This document shows positions 16,183 to 23,905 of a DNA stretch of 30,818 nt, piece after piece; position 1 is the first letter of the stretch; each line of letters begins with the position of its first letter. A program made the translations under genes and the position numbers. The stretch lies in contig CAZOWS010000102.1 of the NCBI GenBank assembly GCA_964583365.1, positions 1-30,818 on the forward strand, in the 5' to 3' direction. Below the pieces are notes generated by a model, which saw only the letters and a list, made by a program, of their open reading frames with translations, was not told the origin of the DNA and did not search any database. The stretch comes from an uncultured Actinomycetota bacterium (GTDB taxonomy: Bacteria > Auribacterota > Ancaeobacteria > Ancaeobacterales > CAZGMX01).

Positions 16183-16497
16183 TCAGGAAGCCTTTTTCAG
16201 TTGAACAGATAGTTTCAGACCCACAACATCGAGCACCGAAGTCAACGTGGAAAGTCTTGGGTCACCTTCCTTGCAAAGAGCTTTATAAAGGCTTTCTCGA
16301 CCCAAATGTGCCTTTTTTGCAATATGCGCGAAACCGAATGCCTTCGCGACATCACGCAAGGCAATAAGAAATAGATCCTCTGCATTTCCCTCTTTATCGT
16401 TCATACACGTTTCCAGATATCCGGCCGCATACTCAGGATTTTTCAGTCTTTCCATCAATCCTTCTTCGTAGGAAATACTCTTCTTTTTTCTATTCAT
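16183..16497 (-). CDS. Addiction-module antidote (HI1420/HigA-like HTH antitoxin)
   Basis: LKNPEYAAGYLE, ALRDVAKAFG, LGRESLYKAL, GDPRLSTL; ATG overlaps the toxin stop (ATGA). Confidence 0.9.
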   Translation of the reverse strand: MNRKKKSISYEEGLMERLKNPEYAAGYLETCMNDKEGNAEDLFLIALRDVAKAFGFAHIAKKAHLGRESLYKALCKEGDPRLSTLTSVLDVVGLKLSVQLKKAS

Positions 16498-16807
16498 GGT
16501 CGTCTCCTGTAGTCTTCCCAATATTCGTGTGCTCTCTTTGTATCGGCATTTTGATTCTTTTTGCTACCTCCGCATAGCAAGATGACCGTAATAAATTCGG
16601 TATCCCGGGGCCGTAAGATATTTTTAACTCTGTAACACCGCACCCAACGAATCTGCAATCACCCAAGGTACCACGCCGCACATTGGCAACTCTGGCATCG
16701 ATTATCTGTTGGGTCTTACTATCTTTCAAGGAATCAAGCCAAGACCGAAACGGGTTTCTACCCGAGGACGTTACGTATTCGTGAACAGTTCTAGGCAAAG
16801 ATTCCAT
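16494..16807 (-). pseudogene. Addiction-module killer (HI1419/HigB-RelE-like toxin), doubly frameshifted
   Basis: Frame 0: ...GRNPFRSWL...RGTLGDCRFVG.GVTELKISYGPG; +1 frame: YRIYY; +2 frame: VILLCGGSKKNQNADTKRAHEYWEDYRRRP*. Implies a 1-nt insertion near 16603 and a deletion near 16587. Confidence 0.85.
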
Positions 16808-16815
16808 AAGAGAGA

Positions 16816-16844
16816 AGTGTATCCTTTTAGATACACTATGTCAA
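16816..16844 (-). promoter_or_regulatory. Promoter and operator of the HigBA-like module
   Basis: TTGACA (16844-16839), 17 nt, TACACT (16821-16816); inverted repeat AGTGTATC/GATACACT at 16816-16837. Confidence 0.72.
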
Positions 16845-16899
16845 GACTGTAATCAGAGGGATAGTGAAACAGGAGGGATTACACCCATAGGTAATATCC

Positions 16900-19140
16900 T
16901 TAAGACTTCGGCACTAAAAACACAAGCATTCCCAACGGCGGCAGCGTAATCGCGAGTGAGAACGAACGACCATGCCAGGGTAACTGATCCGCGGATACAC
17001 CGCCAAGGTTTCCAACGCCGCTCCCGCCGTACTCGCCCGCATCGCTGTTGAGGACTTCTTTATAATATCCGCCCGCGACGACGCCCACGCGGTACCCGAA
17101 ACGCGGCACGGGCGTCATGCTGCAGACAATCAACATCTGTTGGGCTTGTCCATGCGACTTGCGCAGAAAACTCACCACCGAGGCATCCGTATCCTGGCAG
17201 TCCACCCACTCGAATCCTTCCTGGCCAAAATCGACTTCAAAAAGGGCCGGATGCGATTGGAGCATGTGATTCAAGTCGCGTATGTATTTGTTCACGCCTC
17301 GATGCTGCCCATACTCCAGCAAATGCCAGTCCATGGATTGGGCAACATTCCACTCGGCTCCCTGCGCGATATCGTTGGTCATAAAAAGGACTTTTTTGCC
17401 CGGCTGCGCGAACATCATGCCGTAGAAAAGTCTCAAATTCGCGAATTTCTGCCACCCGTCGCCGGGCATTTTTGCAAGCATGGACCCCTTGCCGTGCACG
17501 ACCTCGTCGTGCGAAATCGGCAGCACAAAATTTTCCATGAACGCGTACAAAAATCGGAACGTCAAAAGATTGTGATGGTATTTGCGATGCACGGGGTCCC
17601 GCTGGAAATATTTCAAATAATCGTGCATCCATCCCAAATCCCATTTCAAGCTGAATCCCAATCCACCCAAATACGTGGGCCTTGAAACGCCGGGCCAACT
17701 CGTGGATTCCTCCGCGATGGTCAGCACACCCGGAAATTGCGCGTGCACGACCTCGTTGAATTTCTTCAAAAAATCCACGGCCTCGAGATTCTCGCGCCCG
17801 CCGTAGGCGTTGGGCGTCCACTCGCCGGGCTTACGCGAATAATCCAGATAAAGCATCGAGGCCACCGCATCCACGCGCAGGCCGTCCACATGGTATTTAT
17901 CCAACCAAAACAGCGCGTTGGAAATGAGGAAATTTCGCACTTCGTTGCGGCCGTAATTAAAAATTTCCGTTCCCCATTCGGGATGATCGCGCCGGCGGCT
18001 GTCCAAATGCGAATACAAATGCGTGCCATCGAACAGCGCGAGGCCATGCTCGTCTTTGGGAAAATGCGCGGGCACCCAATCCAACAAAACGCCGAGCCCG
18101 TTTTGATGGCAAGCGTCCACGAAACGCATCAGATCTTCGGGGCTGCCGTAGCGGCTTGAAGGCGCGTAGTAGTTGACGACCTGATAGCCCCACGACGCAT
18201 CCAGCGGATGCTCCATGATAGGGAGCAATTCCAAATGCGTGTAGCCCATCTCCTTAGCGTAGGGGATGAGCTGCTCCGAGAGCTCGCGATACGAAAGAAA
18301 TCCCGTTTCGCCGGGTTTATTGGGGTCGCAGGGATGCTTTCTCCAGGAACCCAGATGCACTTCATAAATGCTTACCGGCCGGGCGAGCCAATCGGTGCGG
18401 GTCCTGGCCTCCATCCAATTTTTGTCCTTCCAGGCATGCTTCTCTAAATTGGCGACCACGGACGCGGTTCGAGGTCGAAGTTCCGCGGCCACCGCGTAAG
18501 GGTCCGTCTTGAAGCACACTTTCTTATCCGCGCGGGCCTTTACCCCAAATTTATATACTTCCCCTTCTTTCAATCCCGGAACGAATATCTCCCAGACACC
18601 CGAGCTTCCACGCTGCGTCATCGGATGATGCCCTTCCACCCAATGATTGAAATTGCCGACCACGCAAACCGCCATCGCATTGGGCGCCCAGACGCTGAAA
18701 TGCACTCCTGCCACGCCGTCCCGCTGCCACAAACGCGCGCCCATTTTCTCGTAGCTTCGGAAATGCGTGCCCTCTCCCATCAGATAGAGATCAAAGTCCG
18801 TCAATTCCGGCGAGAACGCATACGGGTCCTCCTGCGATTGCATGTAGCCGGACTCATCGCAAAACTCCAGGCGATACGGTGGTTTTTCCTCCACGCCGGG
18901 GAAAAATAATTCAAAAAAACCCTGCGGATGCAAAAGGGTCATCTCGACCCGAGGGATTTTCTTGGCCCCGGACAAACTCACCCACGCCTGCTTGGCACGC
19001 GGCAAATAGGCATGCAGGACCAGCCCTCGCCCGAAACCCTCGCCCACTAATTTAGGGCCTAAAATCTCGGGCGGATTGGAGCACTCAAACTTGATGATTT
19101 TCGCAACATCCTGAGCGGATATATAAGGGGATTTTTGCAT
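16900..19140 (-). CDS. glgB: 1,4-alpha-glucan branching enzyme
   Basis: FSVWAPNA, IYEVHLGSW, SWGYQ, LDWVPAHFP, GLRVDAVASMLY, AEESTSWP, LPISHDEVVHGKGS. Confidence 0.97.
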   Translation of the reverse strand: MQKSPYISAQDVAKIIKFECSNPPEILGPKLVGEGFGRGLVLHAYLPRAKQAWVSLSGAKKIPRVEMTLLHPQGFFELFFPGVEEKPPYRLEFCDESGYMQSQEDPYAFSPELTDFDLYLMGEGTHFRSYEKMGARLWQRDGVAGVHFSVWAPNAMAVCVVGNFNHWVEGHHPMTQRGSSGVWEIFVPGLKEGEVYKFGVKARADKKVCFKTDPYAVAAELRPRTASVVANLEKHAWKDKNWMEARTRTDWLARPVSIYEVHLGSWRKHPCDPNKPGETGFLSYRELSEQLIPYAKEMGYTHLELLPIMEHPLDASWGYQVVNYYAPSSRYGSPEDLMRFVDACHQNGLGVLLDWVPAHFPKDEHGLALFDGTHLYSHLDSRRRDHPEWGTEIFNYGRNEVRNFLISNALFWLDKYHVDGLRVDAVASMLYLDYSRKPGEWTPNAYGGRENLEAVDFLKKFNEVVHAQFPGVLTIAEESTSWPGVSRPTYLGGLGFSLKWDLGWMHDYLKYFQRDPVHRKYHHNLLTFRFLYAFMENFVLPISHDEVVHGKGSMLAKMPGDGWQKFANLRLFYGMMFAQPGKKVLFMTNDIAQGAEWNVAQSMDWHLLEYGQHRGVNKYIRDLNHMLQSHPALFEVDFGQEGFEWVDCQDTDASVVSFLRKSHGQAQQMLIVCSMTPVPRFGYRVGVVAGGYYKEVLNSDAGEYGGSGVGNLGGVSADQLPWHGRSFSLAITLPPLGMLVFLVPKS

Positions 19141-19143
19141 AAG

Positions 19144-19180
19144 TAAAAAAAGCCTCCCCGGGATTATACCAGGGGAGGCT
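19144..19180 (-). terminator. Intrinsic terminator closing the SUF-DUF989 transcript
   Basis: Stem AGCCTCCCC/GGGGAGGCT followed by a T7 run on the minus strand, just after the DUF989 stop. Confidence 0.75.
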
Positions 19181-19198
19181 CGGTAATGCTTTATGGAC

Positions 19199-19825
19199 TT
19201 AAACGGTTTTACCGACGGATGGCGCAGCCTTGATAGCCCACCAAATCGCCACGGATCCGAGAATAACCGCCACAGCCAACGTCAATGCATTCGACGCGCC
19301 ATAATGCGAAGGCGCCAACATGCCGAACAACATCGGCCCGGACATATACGAATTCATACGCGAGAACATCAGAGCCTTCTTGCGCAAGGCCGGGAGTTCC
19401 TCCGCCTTGGCTTTGCCGCCAAGAATTTTGCGCTGCGTAGGCCATATGATGAACCACACGTTGAACCACATGAGCGTGCCGAAAAACATGCCCAAGTGAA
19501 TCCAGGTAGAACGAGCGGTCATATGTCCGCCATCTAGCAGCATGGAGGTTGGACCGAAACCGACGCCCGGCGTATACATGTAAATCATCGTGTAGAGCAC
19601 CAGACCCGCGAGAAAAGTAACCATCGCACCCCAACGAAACCACCACAGCGCGCGCGGCATCATTTGAGGATTGACGGCCTTCTTGGTCGCATCGTCCAGC
19701 GCTCCCTGCAAAGGTACGTTCACGAAATTGAAAAAATATAGCATGCCGATCCACGTAATACCGGCCACCACGTGCAGCCATCGAACCAACAGATGAATAT
19801 TGCTAAACAAGTCTTGCAATGCCAT
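19199..19825 (-). CDS. DUF989/PuuD-like (urate hydroxylase family) multi-pass membrane protein, no cytochrome c domain
   Basis: RWLHVVAGITWIGMLYFFNFVN, ALWWFRWGA, MWFNVWFIIWPTQRK, SRMNSYMSGPMLF. Confidence 0.8.
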   Translation of the reverse strand: MALQDLFSNIHLLVRWLHVVAGITWIGMLYFFNFVNVPLQGALDDATKKAVNPQMMPRALWWFRWGAMVTFLAGLVLYTMIYMYTPGVGFGPTSMLLDGGHMTARSTWIHLGMFFGTLMWFNVWFIIWPTQRKILGGKAKAEELPALRKKALMFSRMNSYMSGPMLFGMLAPSHYGASNALTLAVAVILGSVAIWWAIKAAPSVGKTV

Positions 19826-19849
19826 AGTTGCCCCCTAGGTTATGTGAAT

Positions 19850-20638
19850 CTACATCATCCCCAATTCCAGCTTCGCCGCTTCGGTCATCTTGTTCGGATT
19901 CCAAGGCGGGTCCCACACCACGTCCACCTTCGCGGTCGTCACGCCTTCCACGGCCCTCACCCTGTTCTGCACGTCTATCGGCAACGATGCGGCCGCAGGA
20001 CAATGCGGAGAGGTCAGCGTCATCTTGATCAGCGCCGCGCCGGTAGGATCTAAATGCACGCCATAAATTAAACCCAAATCGTAAATATTGACAGGAATTT
20101 CAGGGTCATACACTTTGCGAATGGCCGCGATCACTTTTTCTTCTATCGAGCCCATGTCCACGCTGACTTCTTTGGGTTTTTCGGTCTCGGTAGAAACAAC
20201 CTGATCTTTGCCATCCAAAGCCGCCTTGAACGTGTGCCAGGCCAGCGTCGCACATTTCACGCGCGCGGGAAACTCGCGCACGCCCGAAAAAACTTCCAAT
20301 TTTCCCATGCCTTGCAAGTCCAGAGTGGCTTGAGGGTCCGCCGTGATCATCGCGTGGAACTTGTCGAAAAACTGTAGTGCCTCGATACGGTTTTTTCCCT
20401 TTAGATTATCGGTCATCATCGAACTCGATGCCCGCGATATCGCGCAGCCTGTACCTTGAAAACCCATGTCCTTGATGATGTCGCCTTCCATCTCCAGGTA
20501 CAAAGTGATGCTATCACCGCACAATGGATTGAAACCTTCTGCCTTGCGATTGTATTGAAGCGGCACGCGAAAATTACGCGGGCTCTTGTTGTGATCTAGA
20601 ATCATTTCTTGATATAGATTTCTCAGTTCTTCGCTCAT
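19850..20638 (-). CDS. sufU: SufU (NifU-N/IscU-like scaffold) fused to SufT/DUF59
   Basis: N-terminal LYQEMILDH, GFNPLCGD, GCAISRAS, RVKCATLAWH; C-terminal VYDPEIPVNIYDLGLIY, TLTSPHCP, VVWDPPW, EAAKLELG. Confidence 0.9.
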   Translation of the reverse strand: MSEELRNLYQEMILDHNKSPRNFRVPLQYNRKAEGFNPLCGDSITLYLEMEGDIIKDMGFQGTGCAISRASSSMMTDNLKGKNRIEALQFFDKFHAMITADPQATLDLQGMGKLEVFSGVREFPARVKCATLAWHTFKAALDGKDQVVSTETEKPKEVSVDMGSIEEKVIAAIRKVYDPEIPVNIYDLGLIYGVHLDPTGAALIKMTLTSPHCPAAASLPIDVQNRVRAVEGVTTAKVDVVWDPPWNPNKMTEAAKLELGMM

Positions 20639-21879
20639 CCGAATATCTCCCCCACTTTTTTTATCCCCGACGCCAACGCGTCTATCTCTTCTCTAGTGTT
20701 GTACAAAGCCAGCGATGCGCGCGCCGTTGCGGGCACTCCAAAACGTTTCATCACGGGTTGCGCGCAATGATGGCCGGTGCGAATCGCGATACCCTCCTGA
20801 TCCAATATGGTCCCCACGTCGTGCGGGTGCACGCCATCCAGCACAAAAGAAAGAATGCCAGCTTTTTCCTTCGCGGTGCCTATCCATCGCACGCGCGGAT
20901 TCGCGCCCACGATCTTTGTCGCGTACGCGAGCAAATCCGCTTCATGCAGCGCAATGCGCTCCAACCCAATGCCGTTGACATAGTCTATCGCGGCGCCCAA
21001 CCCCACGGCGCCCGCGATATTAGGGGTGCCGGCTTCGAATTTATACGGGATCGCGTTGTACGTCGTTTTTTCGAACGTGACGTTGCTGATCATGTCACCG
21101 CCGCCTTGATACGGGGGCATGGCTTCCAACCATGCGGCCTTCCCGTACAACACGCCGATACCCGTCGGGCCGTACAGCTTGTGTCCGGAAAAAGCGTAAA
21201 AATCGCAACCCAGCGCGCGTACATCCACTTTCTGATGCGGGGCAGACTGCGCGCCATCCACGAGTACGGGTATAGAGCGCGCATGCGCAGTTTGTATCAT
21301 GCGCGCTACAGGATTCACGGTACCTAGCGCGTTGGACACATGCACGATCGCCACGAGTTTCGTTTTAGGATTTAAAAGTTTTTCGTATTCATCGTACATG
21401 ATTTCTCCGCAATCGTTGATCGGGATCACGCGCAAGACAGCGCCTTTTTCCTGGCATATCATTTGCCATGGAACGATATTGGAATGATGCTCCATCGTGG
21501 AGATCACAATTTCATCGCCGGCGGCGATGTTGGCCTTGCCGTAGCTTGAAGCGACCAAATTGATAGCCTCGGTGGTGCCTCGCACAAAAATAATTTCGCT
21601 GGAATCAGCAGCATTCAGAAATCTCTGCACCTTCGCCCGAGCCTCTTCGTAAGCCCTCGTGGACTTGTCGCTGAGCAAATGCACGCCGCGATGGATATTG
21701 GAGTAATCGGTGGTAAAAAAACGCCGAATCGTGTCGATGACTTGCAGCGGTTTTTGCGCTGTCGCGGCATTGTCCAAATAGACAAGCGGCTTGCCGTGAA
21801 TTTTCTGCATGAGTATAGGAAAATCCTCACGGATTTTTTTTACGTCCAAGATTTGCGGCTCTTCGGTTGCCACGTTCAT
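20635..21879 (-). CDS. sufS: Cysteine desulfurase SufS
   Basis: IREDFPIL, YLDNAAT, NIHRGVH, SGHKLYGPTG, RTGHHCAQP; ATG 21879 overlaps the sufD stop. Confidence 0.97.
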   Translation of the reverse strand: MNVATEEPQILDVKKIREDFPILMQKIHGKPLVYLDNAATAQKPLQVIDTIRRFFTTDYSNIHRGVHLLSDKSTRAYEEARAKVQRFLNAADSSEIIFVRGTTEAINLVASSYGKANIAAGDEIVISTMEHHSNIVPWQMICQEKGAVLRVIPINDCGEIMYDEYEKLLNPKTKLVAIVHVSNALGTVNPVARMIQTAHARSIPVLVDGAQSAPHQKVDVRALGCDFYAFSGHKLYGPTGIGVLYGKAAWLEAMPPYQGGGDMISNVTFEKTTYNAIPYKFEAGTPNIAGAVGLGAAIDYVNGIGLERIALHEADLLAYATKIVGANPRVRWIGTAKEKAGILSFVLDGVHPHDVGTILDQEGIAIRTGHHCAQPVMKRFGVPATARASLALYNTREEIDALASGIKKVGEIFG

Positions 21880-23159
21880 GCGGCCCAAATCCAGGGGCGC
21901 AACGCCGCGGGCATGATTTTCTCCACGACTTCGTTGGCGAACGCATGCGTCATCATCGCGCGCGCCTCTTCCTGCCCAATTCCGCGCGATCGCAAATAAA
22001 ACAACGCCTCCTCCTGCAATCTGCCTATCGTGGCCCCATGATTGCATTTCACGTCGTCGGCATAAATTTCTAATTGGGGTTTGGTATTGGCCAGAGCCTC
22101 ATCGGACAAAATGAGATTTTTATTGCTCTGCCGCGCGTTGGTTTTTTGCGCGTCCTGACGCACGAATATTTTCCCGTCGAACACGCCATGGGATTTTCCA
22201 TCCCAAAGCCCCAGATACAATTCGCGGCTGTTGCAATGGGGTTTTTGATGATCAATAACCGTGTGATTGTCCATGTGCTCTGAGCCATCGGCCATGGCCA
22301 GACCGTTCAATGTCAAGTCTCCGCCTTCCGCTCCCAGTATGGCTCGAACGTCGTTGCGCAACAGTTTACCTCCGAGCGCAACGGAATGCGCGGTCACATG
22401 GCTAGAGCGGCCTTGAATGATTTCAAACGCAGCCACGTGATAAGCGCCTTCGCCCTCGCGCGTCAACTTGCAATGCTCTATGCGCGCGTTGTCCCGCGCG
22501 ATGAGTTGCATCACGGTATTGGTAAAATAAAGATTATCTCCGCTACCGACGTAGGTTTCCACGATGGTCGCCTGGCTGTTTTCTTCGGCCACGATCAGGT
22601 TTCTCGGATGCGTCATGATGGGCCGCGACGACGCGGTGGTCACGAATACTAAATGCACGGCCTTGGTCATCACGCAGCCTTTGGGCAAATAAACATAGGC
22701 GCCGTCCTGCATGAAAGCAGTATTCAACGCAGCAAAAGCGCTTTGCTCGTTGTCGGTGTTCTTCTTCAAATATTTCCCCCAGTCGCCGGCCAGATTACCA
22801 ATCTGAGCGCCTTGCGGCAAACCCTGTACGTCCGACAACCCTGGCGCATAGAGTCCATCCACAAAAACGAGCCGATGAACGGCCTCTTTCTCCAGCGGCA
22901 ATCCGAGTAAAAGATTGGCATCGGTGCTACCGCTCGCAATTACAGCCGGCAATTCAAAATTGGTTTTTCGCAAAGCAGCAACGTTCGTGTAGCGCCATTC
23001 CTCCTGCGCTACGGTCGGCAGCCCGAGCTCTTGAAAACGCCGCATCGCGGCTTCGCGAATCTCTTTAAGCCAAGCGGGATCCTTGCCTTCCCTGGCACAC
23101 AGGAACGCGTCAAAGCAATCGCGATACAATCCGATTTTTTCGTCCAAAGCCATTATCAT
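21876..23159 (-). CDS. sufD: Fe-S assembly protein SufD
   Basis: EEWRYTNV, FAALNTAF, HPRNLIV, FDGKIFV, KPQLEIYADDVKCNHGATIG, FYLRSRGI. Confidence 0.95.
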   Translation of the reverse strand: MIMALDEKIGLYRDCFDAFLCAREGKDPAWLKEIREAAMRRFQELGLPTVAQEEWRYTNVAALRKTNFELPAVIASGSTDANLLLGLPLEKEAVHRLVFVDGLYAPGLSDVQGLPQGAQIGNLAGDWGKYLKKNTDNEQSAFAALNTAFMQDGAYVYLPKGCVMTKAVHLVFVTTASSRPIMTHPRNLIVAEENSQATIVETYVGSGDNLYFTNTVMQLIARDNARIEHCKLTREGEGAYHVAAFEIIQGRSSHVTAHSVALGGKLLRNDVRAILGAEGGDLTLNGLAMADGSEHMDNHTVIDHQKPHCNSRELYLGLWDGKSHGVFDGKIFVRQDAQKTNARQSNKNLILSDEALANTKPQLEIYADDVKCNHGATIGRLQEEALFYLRSRGIGQEEARAMMTHAFANEVVEKIMPAALRPWIWAA

Positions 23160-23902
23160 TTCCCTGCCTGCACTCCAACATAGCCGCTCTGCTCCAACTC
23201 CAATGCCAATTCTTTGCCACCCGACTTGACAATGCGGCCATCCACGAGCACGTGGACTACATCCGGCACCACGTAATCGAGCAATCGCTGATAATGCGTC
23301 ACCAGGATAGTCGCGTTGTCTTTGCGATGCAGCTTGTTGATCCCTCCCGCAACAATTCTCAGCGCATCAATATCCAGACCCGAATCCGTTTCGTCCAGCA
23401 CAGCCAGCTTAGGATCCAAAACGGCCATTTGCAAAATCTCGTTGCGTTTTTTCTCGCCCCCCGAAAATCCCTCGTTGAGAGACCGGTTCATCAGCGTCTC
23501 GTCCATTTCCACCAATTTCATTTTCTCCTTGATCAGCGCAAGAAATTCCACCGCGTCCAGAGCGTCCTGCCCCCGATGTTTGCGCACCGCGTTTAAGGCC
23601 GCCTTCAAAAAGTACGTGGTGCTCACACCCGGTATCTCGACAGGATATTGAAAACCCAGAAAAATCCCTTCGCGCGCACGCTGCTCAGCACTCATCGCGA
23701 GCAAGTCCTTACCTTCGTAGGTCACTGTCCCCTGCGTCACCGCAAATGTTTCGCGCCCGGCCAGGATTTGCGCCAACGTGCTTTTACCCGACCCGTTCGG
23801 CCCCATGATCGCGTGCACTTCACCCGCATTTACGGTCAAATTGATGCCCCGGAGAATTTCATTATCCCCCACTTTTGCACATAAATTACGAATAATTAAC
23901 AT
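23156..23902 (-). CDS. sufC: Fe-S assembly ATPase SufC
   Basis: GPNGSGKST, FQYPVEIPG, NEGFSGGEKKRNE, LDETDSGLDIDA, THYQRLL. Confidence 0.97.
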   Translation of the reverse strand: MLIIRNLCAKVGDNEILRGINLTVNAGEVHAIMGPNGSGKSTLAQILAGRETFAVTQGTVTYEGKDLLAMSAEQRAREGIFLGFQYPVEIPGVSTTYFLKAALNAVRKHRGQDALDAVEFLALIKEKMKLVEMDETLMNRSLNEGFSGGEKKRNEILQMAVLDPKLAVLDETDSGLDIDALRIVAGGINKLHRKDNATILVTHYQRLLDYVVPDVVHVLVDGRIVKSGGKELALELEQSGYVGVQAGK

Positions 23903-23905
23903 AGT

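Noticed and set aside
17140-18909. Overlapping ORFs within glgB, and similar ones within the suf genes (e.g. 24095..24937)
   Set aside because: Shadow or alternate-frame ORFs of well-supported genes.
21880-22047. N-terminal extension of SufS in the ORF track
   Set aside because: It overlaps the sufD 3' end in another frame; the ATGA-coupled start at 21879 fits the family.
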